From: a virus
Taxonomy: Duplodnaviria > Caudoviricetes
Reading direction: 5' to 3' (one strand)
IMG/VR virus record: IMGVR_UViG_3300014205_000007
Location: 1 to 64,000 of that record
DNA length: 64,000 nucleotides
Every line of letters starts with the position of its first letter. Position 1 is the stretch's first letter. The position numbers and the translations under genes are program-made. The notes beneath the pieces are model-generated. The model had not been told where the DNA came from. It saw only the letters and a list, made by a program, of their open reading frames with translations, and made no database searches. Shown here piece by piece: positions 17,092 to 25,212 of the stretch.

Positions 17092-19377
17092 TGAAATCAC
17101 CGGACGCCCAACCGCATTTCCCGCGGCAGACCGTGCCGCGTGGATTCCCTGCATGGCGCGTAGAATTTCCAACTGGCGCAGCGGATCTGTCTCGGTATAA
17201 ATACCCATGAGGTCTTTGTTTCTTGCGGCATTGATATTCCTTGCTGCATACTGCGAAACAAGGTCGGCCACCTTCCCAGGCCAATGCATGGGGTTCATCA
17301 GCGAGGCATCGAACGTCGGTGCCCAGTTGAGTTCGTCAATCGATTCTCGCAGAGGCGTCGTCTGGGAGCCGAACTGGGACGAGTATGTCCGGTGCATGGA
17401 TTTTTCTGCTTGCAGGACCTTGAAGAACTGATCTGCGTCCTTTCTGAGCACCTGCCGGATCATCTTCTGTGCCCCAGGCAGCAAAAGTTGCCGGGTAAGG
17501 TTGTGGGTTTCGCCTTGATTGGCGAGCATGTCGTTAAGGGCACGAACGAGGCCAACCTTGAAAAGCTCCTGCCGAGAGTTGGAGGCGCTTATTTTAGCTT
17601 GCGCTGACTCCTGTCTTGCCAGGGCAGACGGATCTTGTGGGTTGGCTTTGAGTGCTTTCGTTGCATCCCGCAAAGCCTTGACGCCTTCCTTGCCCATCTG
17701 TTCGGCAGCAGTAAATTCGGCCAAATTCTCACGACTCGATGCGTTGAGACGGGTGGTCATTCGCGCCCCAGCCTCCATGGCCTCACGCGCCGCATTACCT
17801 TCCCGCCACATCGAATTGGCTACCGCCCAATCTGGATTGGACTTCGCCACCGTATCGGTCAGATCATTATAGAATTTGGTCAACTCACGAAATACCGCCC
17901 CGCCTGGTTTCTCATTATCCAGAAGTGCCCGCACGTTCTGGCGCGCGTTGATGAAATCTTCCAAAGTCTGCGGCGGACGAAGCTCATTCGTCACTATAGC
18001 GCCGGTTTCCTGATTGCGAACAGGCACCTTGGAATAAACAGAATCTATCGCTTTCTGAATTGCTTCCGGGACCGGACCCCGACGAGACTGAGTCTGCCCC
18101 AACCACTTGTTGATGACAGGATTGAGATCGAAAGGCTTTTCATTGGCGGTCGCCAACCCGTAGGCTCTTATTCCCGCATCCTCAAGCTCAGCGGCATGCT
18201 TTCCGGCTACTCCTGCGTAATCGGACGACCCCAGCATGCGGTCGAACAACTGCCCTAATCGTCCACCGGCCCCGATTTGCCGCTCCAGGAGGGCCTCACG
18301 GGCTATTCCAACGTGCTCCCCAGGAGTTGCCGCGGCGGCGCGCATGGTCATCTGGGTATTATCCCCAGCCCCGGTACGGGCCATGGATGCACGGTCTACG
18401 ATATTGAGTGGCCCAAGATGACGATTGGCCAGCTCATCGAGCAGTGTCTTGACGGCATCAGGTCCAGGGCCTTGGCCATTCCCAGCCGCCCGCAAGGCTT
18501 GACTGATCTCGGAGGCAGATTCTCCCGCCATGGCGCGACGCACGGTCTCTTCCACCTGCTCGGAGGTAATCGGCTGGCGTCCCGTCCCTTTGGCGTTGCC
18601 CCAGAACCTTTTTGCCAACCCTCCCGCCGCCGTGGTATCGTCAGGGAACTCCGATTTGATCTGGTCGATCAATTGCTGGGGCGTAATGCGGTCTGCTTCG
18701 AGCTTGCGCGTCGCCGTGACCAAGGCGCCCTTGCCAGACCCAGCCGTTTCCGCTGCCGCATTAGCAGCCCTATTGCCGAGCGCCTGCGCTCCACGGTAGA
18801 ACCCATATCCCAGAGGCCCAAGAACCGCGCCTGCTGTTCCGCCAGTGACAGCCCCAGTCCCAGCTCCGATAGCGCGCTTTCCTAGCGCTTCTAGCGTGCT
18901 ATCCTCTGGGCCAACATCCGCATGTCCAGCCCCAGACAGACCTCCATATGTCGCCCCCAGCTTGATGCTCTGCCCCGTGGCGCGACCAAGCGTCCCCATT
19001 TCACCCGCGGTAAGGGCGGACCTTGCCAGCCCCGAGCCTGCACGCGCAAGCTGGGCGCCGCGTGCAAGAAGACCAGCCCCCTGCACCGCAGCGGGAGCCT
19101 GACCGCCCGGCAGAAAAGAAGCCGCAACCATAGGCCCGAGTGCCCCGGTCACCTCGCCGGCAAAATGCGTCCATGGGTTGGTTTCTTTCGATAGCTCACG
19201 CCGCGACTTTGACAAGCCGAGCTTATCGTCAAATCCGAACGTCGCTCCCTCTACCGCGCCGCGGCCGAAACTTTCCAAAAGTCCCGGCTCTTCCTCTGGC
19301 ACGAACCCAGGCGGAGGAGATGGCGTCAAAGAAACGCCTTCTGGAACAAACCCAGGAGGGGGAGTGGGATCAGCCAT
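17020..19377 (-). CDS. Ejection/DNA-transfer (internal virion) protein
   Basis: PPPGFVPE repeats, G/A-rich membrane segments, alpha-helical; last gene of the virion operon. Confidence 0.75.
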   Translation of the reverse strand: MADPTPPPGFVPEGVSLTPSPPPGFVPEEEPGLLESFGRGAVEGATFGFDDKLGLSKSRRELSKETNPWTHFAGEVTGALGPMVAASFLPGGQAPAAVQGAGLLARGAQLARAGSGLARSALTAGEMGTLGRATGQSIKLGATYGGLSGAGHADVGPEDSTLEALGKRAIGAGTGAVTGGTAGAVLGPLGYGFYRGAQALGNRAANAAAETAGSGKGALVTATRKLEADRITPQQLIDQIKSEFPDDTTAAGGLAKRFWGNAKGTGRQPITSEQVEETVRRAMAGESASEISQALRAAGNGQGPGPDAVKTLLDELANRHLGPLNIVDRASMARTGAGDNTQMTMRAAAATPGEHVGIAREALLERQIGAGGRLGQLFDRMLGSSDYAGVAGKHAAELEDAGIRAYGLATANEKPFDLNPVINKWLGQTQSRRGPVPEAIQKAIDSVYSKVPVRNQETGAIVTNELRPPQTLEDFINARQNVRALLDNEKPGGAVFRELTKFYNDLTDTVAKSNPDWAVANSMWREGNAAREAMEAGARMTTRLNASSRENLAEFTAAEQMGKEGVKALRDATKALKANPQDPSALARQESAQAKISASNSRQELFKVGLVRALNDMLANQGETHNLTRQLLLPGAQKMIRQVLRKDADQFFKVLQAEKSMHRTYSSQFGSQTTPLRESIDELNWAPTFDASLMNPMHWPGKVADLVSQYAARNINAARNKDLMGIYTETDPLRQLEILRAMQGIHAARSAAGNAVGRPVISSSGPLSDLLPSLPSESPSAKPRK

Positions 19378-19402
19378 GGCGATTTACCATCAGTTCACTG
19401 TA

Positions 19403-20302
19403 TCAGTTTATCGGCACCCAGTTATTGGACTGGGCATCCCAACGAATCTTTTCGCCTGTCTGCGGATTTACGTATACCTTGGGAGTAGCAGATTGAGCGG
19501 CACCCTTTTCATCCCCGCCATTTACCATAGCCGCCTTATCCTGTTTTTCCTGCTCCCTTTTCGGAAGACCGAACGAGGATCGTATGATAAAATCGGCGTG
19601 GTCAGCTATTTTGTTCAAATCATCTCGATTGGTGGCTTTCAGCATATCCGCCATGGTTGCATTGAATGCCTCCTGTCGAGCGTCTGACATATTCACGGCT
19701 TTTCCAGCCGCCATGAACTGAGTAACCAGCCCGTGCACATCATGGTGCAACAGGTTGTTGAGGTTGTAGCTCTGGTCATAGGGCGTCCAATAGGGGACCG
19801 TCGCCGTTGCTACGCCCGCGGCAGTGCGTCTGGCACCTTGTAGCCACGGGCTGCTGACCATGGGGCCGATGGCATTGGTCAAAACATCATCAGGAGCGGT
19901 TTTGACCGTATGGCGGATCATATCGAGGCCAGAAAGAACCTGCTGCCCGGCTCGCTGCTTTTCCTCCAGGCTGGCGAGATTATCGGCCGCCTTCTTGGCT
20001 TGCTCAACCCGATATATGTGGCCTGGAGTGTTCTGCAAAGCCCGCACTGACCCGGCCGGGAGGATCATGGAAAGACCGATATTCATTTTGTCTTCTGGGG
20101 TATTATAGGCTGGGGTTGTCCCCATGGACGGCATCACGGCCCCGGAAGCCGCCGTTGGGTCTCCAGCGCTCGGCAATCCCATCGGATTGAGCGATCCAGA
20201 CCCGCCATAGATGGATGACATCTGTGCATTGATCTGTTCGCCCGTGGTGCCATCAGGAAAGGAATGCACCTTGCCGTCGGGGCCGTTGACGGTAATAGGC
20301 AT
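19403..20302 (-). CDS. Internal virion/ejection protein
   Basis: GPDGKVHSFPDGT N-terminus; NPQTGEKIRWD C-terminus; position. Confidence 0.65.
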   Translation of the reverse strand: MPITVNGPDGKVHSFPDGTTGEQINAQMSSIYGGSGSLNPMGLPSAGDPTAASGAVMPSMGTTPAYNTPEDKMNIGLSMILPAGSVRALQNTPGHIYRVEQAKKAADNLASLEEKQRAGQQVLSGLDMIRHTVKTAPDDVLTNAIGPMVSSPWLQGARRTAAGVATATVPYWTPYDQSYNLNNLLHHDVHGLVTQFMAAGKAVNMSDARQEAFNATMADMLKATNRDDLNKIADHADFIIRSSFGLPKREQEKQDKAAMVNGGDEKGAAQSATPKVYVNPQTGEKIRWDAQSNNWVPIN

Positions 20303-22044
20303 TACGGCTCTCCTTCCGCGCCATCAGAACCATCAGCCTCGGGCGGCGGCATGCCTGGGGCGACCGAGGGAACCGCAGGAACCCATGTATACGACCCAGG
20401 GCTGACGGCCCCTGTTCCACCGCTTCCCGTAATCTTGTTGTAGAGGTTCCACTTGTTCTGCATCTGTTGCAGTTCAAGCTCCTTCTGGTACTCCATCTTC
20501 TTCTTTTCGATATCCAGAAGGAACTGCTTATCGGCTTGAGTTCGGGCCAACGCCGCCGATGCATTCATCTGTTCGAGCTTTGCAGGATTGAGTTGCGCCT
20601 CAAGGCCCAAGGCCCTATTCTGCCGCTCCTGCTCCATCTGCTTCAAACGCATATCGTTGGATTCGAACATCGCCTTACCGAATCCGGCGAAGGGGCTATC
20701 CCCAACTTGGGTCAACGCCGCCCCAAGTCTCTGCGTCGGAGACATTTGCTCCCCAGCCCACACCCCCGTCGAATACGTGGGGACGAACGATTTCCAATCA
20801 AGTCCAGAATCGGATTGGGTCGGTTGAGGTGCAGGATCAGTCGGCGCAGAAGAAACAGCGCCACCATCGTCATAACCCTTTATTGGCGCAGTCGAATTCA
20901 TGCTGTCGAGAAAGGACGACAAAGACTGCTGCTGCGACCCGAGAGAAGACGGCAGGAGCGCGCCGCTACCCCCAGAAAGACCGTTGGATGCCTCTTTGAG
21001 GGCCGTCCCGAACTGCTGTAGCTCTGTAGGTCCCTGTGCGGTATCCGTCACAACTGGTGTCCACGACCCGATCCCAACATCTCCACCCTTGGCGTAACCG
21101 GGAATCGGGCCTCCGGTAGATTTTCTCAACCCCTGAAACAACTGAAAATATTTCCCCACCTTGTCGTGCAGGGAATCTGGGCTGTAGGAAGGAATTACTC
21201 CGTCAATGCGCCCTCCGCTTGCCTTGCCCTTCGCTCCGCCAAGGCCGGAAAGATAAGAACCCAAGAGCCCTGTAGCGATTCCACCGATTGACGGTGTTGA
21301 CGTGCCAGTAGTCGTCCCCGTCCCCGTGGACGTACCAGATGATGTCGTGTTAGATGTGTTGCTTCCCGTCGTTCCTGACAAATTCCCATATGTGTTGTAA
21401 AGACTATTTAGGTTGCTCAAAAGATTTGAGCCGATATTGGCCGTGGCCGTGTTGGCGTTCGTAGCCGAGTTGGCTAGAGAGCCGGACGTGTTTGCGGCGC
21501 TGTTCTGAAGCTGGGCCGACTGAGCCGCCGTGTTCTGCGCGTTGGTGTATCCTTGATTGTAGAGCGAGGCGATCTGCGCCTGGTCCGCCGTATTCTTGGC
21601 CGACAGATAGGCAGCAGCCTGCCCAGTGTTATTCCCAAGGGCACCCTTTACGGCCGAATTACCCTGAAGGTCAGAAAGACCCTGCTTAGTGGCTAGATTC
21701 TGCGCCGCCTGCGTCGTATTGACGACGTTCTGGGTATAGGGCGACATATAGGAATTGATGGAATCGGCCGTAATACCGCTGGTTGCCAAGTTGTTGGCAG
21801 TGTTTTGCGCCGTGGTGAGGCCAGACGCAACATTGGACTGCTGGTCGCCCGCCGAGGTGAGGTAGTTTGTGCCGTTGGCGTTCGACAACTGACCCAACTG
21901 CGACTGCAGGTAGGGCTGTAGCGCAGAGTACGCATTGCTCTGCGACGTATTGGTTCCCGACGTGTTCGACGTTCCCGTCTGACTGGACTGGTTGTTTTGT
22001 GTCTGCGCCTGACTGGAGGAAAAAAGATCGTCCAACCATCCCAT
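20302..22044 (-). CDS. DNA-pilot/ejection protein (S/T/N/Q-rich)
   Basis: SYMSPYTQNVV, QIASLYNQGY; follows the GNAT-like gene as in P22/T7-type modules. Confidence 0.7.
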   Translation of the reverse strand: MGWLDDLFSSSQAQTQNNQSSQTGTSNTSGTNTSQSNAYSALQPYLQSQLGQLSNANGTNYLTSAGDQQSNVASGLTTAQNTANNLATSGITADSINSYMSPYTQNVVNTTQAAQNLATKQGLSDLQGNSAVKGALGNNTGQAAAYLSAKNTADQAQIASLYNQGYTNAQNTAAQSAQLQNSAANTSGSLANSATNANTATANIGSNLLSNLNSLYNTYGNLSGTTGSNTSNTTSSGTSTGTGTTTGTSTPSIGGIATGLLGSYLSGLGGAKGKASGGRIDGVIPSYSPDSLHDKVGKYFQLFQGLRKSTGGPIPGYAKGGDVGIGSWTPVVTDTAQGPTELQQFGTALKEASNGLSGGSGALLPSSLGSQQQSLSSFLDSMNSTAPIKGYDDGGAVSSAPTDPAPQPTQSDSGLDWKSFVPTYSTGVWAGEQMSPTQRLGAALTQVGDSPFAGFGKAMFESNDMRLKQMEQERQNRALGLEAQLNPAKLEQMNASAALARTQADKQFLLDIEKKKMEYQKELELQQMQNKWNLYNKITGSGGTGAVSPGSYTWVPAVPSVAPGMPPPEADGSDGAEGEP

Positions 22045-22049
22045 GTCCG

Positions 22050-22598
22050 TCAAGCCCCCGCGGCAGAAGTCGAATCGTTGACGCTAGAGTACAAGAATAC
22101 GGACCCGAACGGTTGACATTTGGAGGCCCGTTCATAGAACGCCTTGCGCCCCGCGTGCTCACCGAACGACTTCACCATCAATGGGACACCAAGTCTGTCG
22201 GAGACCCGCTCTGAGAATGCCATTAGCGTCTTGGCAAGTAACGCCGTGGACCTGTGCTCGGGCCGAACAAAATTCCAGATTGCATCGATAAGTTGCTCAT
22301 GCGAGAATGGGGACGGCTCGATAATGGTGAGACACACGGAGGCTTGTAAGTTGCCGCGTTCCCCCACAATCCCCACCCAGGATGCTGCCCGGTCCCCGTC
22401 TGATCCAATCGCGGCGCGCACCAGGGAGCGAGCCTTGGCCTCGGAAAAAAACAGCGGCTGGCCCGTGACAGTACGCAACGGGGATTCTTCGTGGATAAGC
22501 CGCGCCATGGATAATAGATCCCCCTCGTCCAGAGGGGAGGCAAGGCGTACAATGGACGTATCTATGATAGGTTTCAGCATGCGCGTTGGCCAGTCCAT
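22050..22598 (-). CDS. GNAT acetyltransferase-like virion assembly protein
   Basis: VRLAS..D, WNFVRPEHRST, FYER; position between tail and ejection genes. Confidence 0.65.
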   Translation of the reverse strand: MDWPTRMLKPIIDTSIVRLASPLDEGDLLSMARLIHEESPLRTVTGQPLFFSEAKARSLVRAAIGSDGDRAASWVGIVGERGNLQASVCLTIIEPSPFSHEQLIDAIWNFVRPEHRSTALLAKTLMAFSERVSDRLGVPLMVKSFGEHAGRKAFYERASKCQPFGSVFLYSSVNDSTSAAGA

Positions 22599-24976
22599 CA
22601 GCGCGCCGGGGGCGGCAAGGATTTCAAGGTAGCGATATGTTTCTGCCGCGTATCAAGCACGAACCTATCGAGGGCACGGTGTCCCGCGTCCATATCACCA
22701 TTGCCGAGCGCAGCGACGATTTCCGGCGCGACGACGTATTCTCCATCGGAAATCTTGATCGGCACCCCTCCGCCCGATGCGCGACTTTCGCGATGGCGCC
22801 CGAACATGCGATCCAGAACCGCAACGCCGGCATTTGTATTCCCCTCCGCCCCGTCCACGTTGGAAACCACGTCGCTTGGAAGCACGTAAGCGCCGCTTGG
22901 AACACTGACGGGGAGCGCGTCCGTTCTGCCGCCCGTGGCCCCCATGACAGGGCCAACAACAGCGCCCCCCTGGGCGTACTTCCGCGCCAGCCCGAGAGCC
23001 CGCCCGAATACACCGCCGCCCGTTGCCATCCCGCCCGTCAGCTTAGTGGGGTCGGACAGGTAGTCTTCCGCACTCATGCCTTCGGGCTCTGGAGCGGGCT
23101 CGGGAGATGCTGCTTTGGCCTTCTCAGGCTTGGACGTATAATTGCCAGACGCATCCTTATGTTTGATAGAGCCAGACGGCTCTTTCCACTTCTTGACCCC
23201 ATCGTCCTTGAAGTGCTTGAGTAGCTTTGATTTCGTTTTGCCTCTGACAGGAGTAGCAGATGCAGGTGCGGGTGAACTGGAAACCCCTGGTGTGCTGGCT
23301 GGCGGTACTTCTGCCCGCGGTGGCAATAGACGCTGCGGCACGCTGGTATCTGGACCAGCAAGGATCGAACTACTGGGGCTCGCAGGGCCTGACTCTCCCA
23401 GAGGCGATGGCGCGCGACTGGTGGGTTCTCCCCGCATTAGTTGCGGCCATGCTGGCTCTAAACGTGTGGGAGATGTGGAAAGCGATGCGGGGATGGAAGC
23501 GCGCCGCCGCGCAATCTCAAGCGCGATCTCTTCCGGGGAAAGCTTACGACCAAAGAGCCCAGGGTCCCGTTCAATGCCTCTGAGCGACGCGGTCTCGCCC
23601 GCGGCCTCGGCCATCGGAGGGCGCTTGCCGAAAACAGCACGCGAGGCGCCGCCAAGAGCTGTTGCCTCTGCTCCAGACAAGGCCAGCGGCCCCCATTCTT
23701 TAGCCGCCCCAGGCCATCCCTCGCTGCCGAACATCCGCGCCAAGTGTTCCTGGGCCTGCTCCTTGGCGCCACCAGGAAGAACGTTGCCTTTTTCATCCTT
23801 GACTTGCGGCCCGAAGGATGCGTCCCCGACCGTACCAACGGTACGAATACCCCCAGGAACCGCTGCCGCCTCAACGCCTGTCTTGACGTACTCAAACGGA
23901 GCGCTCTTTCTCCACTTGTCCAGCGCAATCAAGGCTGCCGCTTCATCGCGCGCATTGCCGCCCGCCCGCGCCGCCCTGACCGCATCAAGAAGCCTGTCGC
24001 CTTCCGATGCAATATGTCCAAATCCGCGGTTAGCCAAGGCCGCGGCGCCTACCCATGGCGCCCAATTGGCGGCGTGCTCGACACCTGGAATTCCGGATCG
24101 TTCGTACCAGGGTTTTCTTGCTTCAACATTCGACTGAGCTAGGTCCTGCTCGCGCTTGTAAGCAGGAGTCATTTGATATTGAAGCTCGCCGAGCCTCTTG
24201 TCGATGCGGTCAATTTCTGTGTTGTAACGGTTCGTCTGCTCTTGAATAGCTTTCCCTTGCTCGGCGAGAGCGCCGCTGATGGGACCTGGACCCTTGCCTT
24301 TCCCGCTCTTGCCTTTGCCGGAAAGCTCATCACTGGTTTCCTTGCTGGTGGAGAGAAACTGTTGGCTCGCCGCATCGCGCGCCGCAACAAGCTTCTCTTT
24401 CGCCGCCAGCATCCGGGCGATCTCCGCCTCTGGGCTTGCGTCTTCGGGACCGGATTCCGCCATACCCGCTCCAAGCCCCAGCCCCCCAGCAATCCCAGCC
24501 GCCACGCGGGGGCGGGCAGCATATTTTGCCGCGGCAGCTAATGCACTGACAGGCCCCCTGACAAACGGAGCTAGAGCCAACGCACCTTCGGCAGCACCGT
24601 GGCCATAATCACCCCGTGCGATGTCTTCTCCGGCCGATGCTGCGAGATCAAGGCCCGTAAGTCCCAACGCCGTGCTGCGCCCGAAATCACCAGCGTCCAT
24701 CAACCCTTGATAGGCTCTTCCGGCGAGCGGCCCGTACTCTCCCCCGATGAAGTCGGCGTGTGGTGACAGTGAGCTGCTGATATAACCCTCCGGCTTGACA
24801 TCTGCATCCCAGCCCCTGGGGTTGGTTTCCTTCATCGCAAGAATATCACGCATGGAGGGAGCTTCGCCGCCTTCGGCCCGGCCTTGACGCTCACCCCCCT
24901 TGGCGTTGATCTGCTTTGAGAGTTGCAGTGCTCTCTGGATAAGAGAGGCGCGTTTGTTGTTGTCGGCTTGTGACAT
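22598..24976 (-). CDS. Internal virion protein with a C-terminal duplicated GGRTD..G(A/E)YV domain
   Basis: GATGGRTDALPVSVPSGAYVLP and VPIKISDGEYVVAPEIV; G/A-rich and coiled-coil N-terminal part. Confidence 0.7.
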   Translation of the reverse strand: MSQADNNKRASLIQRALQLSKQINAKGGERQGRAEGGEAPSMRDILAMKETNPRGWDADVKPEGYISSSLSPHADFIGGEYGPLAGRAYQGLMDAGDFGRSTALGLTGLDLAASAGEDIARGDYGHGAAEGALALAPFVRGPVSALAAAAKYAARPRVAAGIAGGLGLGAGMAESGPEDASPEAEIARMLAAKEKLVAARDAASQQFLSTSKETSDELSGKGKSGKGKGPGPISGALAEQGKAIQEQTNRYNTEIDRIDKRLGELQYQMTPAYKREQDLAQSNVEARKPWYERSGIPGVEHAANWAPWVGAAALANRGFGHIASEGDRLLDAVRAARAGGNARDEAAALIALDKWRKSAPFEYVKTGVEAAAVPGGIRTVGTVGDASFGPQVKDEKGNVLPGGAKEQAQEHLARMFGSEGWPGAAKEWGPLALSGAEATALGGASRAVFGKRPPMAEAAGETASLRGIERDPGLFGRKLSPEEIALEIARRRASIPASLSTSPTRLEPAWPQLMRGEPTSRAPSPLGESGPASPSSSILAGPDTSVPQRLLPPRAEVPPASTPGVSSSPAPASATPVRGKTKSKLLKHFKDDGVKKWKEPSGSIKHKDASGNYTSKPEKAKAASPEPAPEPEGMSAEDYLSDPTKLTGGMATGGGVFGRALGLARKYAQGGAVVGPVMGATGGRTDALPVSVPSGAYVLPSDVVSNVDGAEGNTNAGVAVLDRMFGRHRESRASGGGVPIKISDGEYVVAPEIVAALGNGDMDAGHRALDRFVLDTRQKHIATLKSLPPPAR

Positions 24977-25212
24977 GGCGTTCCCTGAAGATAGAATCGG
25001 TACGCCGCACCCTGTAGTTATGCACAAGACCGACTGATTCTAAAAGGGTTGACGGCTCGAAGCACGGCTTCTTCGCCTGCGCTGCGCGCGCGTGTTGCAC
25101 CAGGACGATAGCCCATCCGTGCAACTGGCCGTAGCGCTCCCCGTTTCAGAGTGATGGGAGGCGAGACTTAGATACGTTTCAAGCTTCACCGGGAGGACCA
25201 CCTGAAACAATA

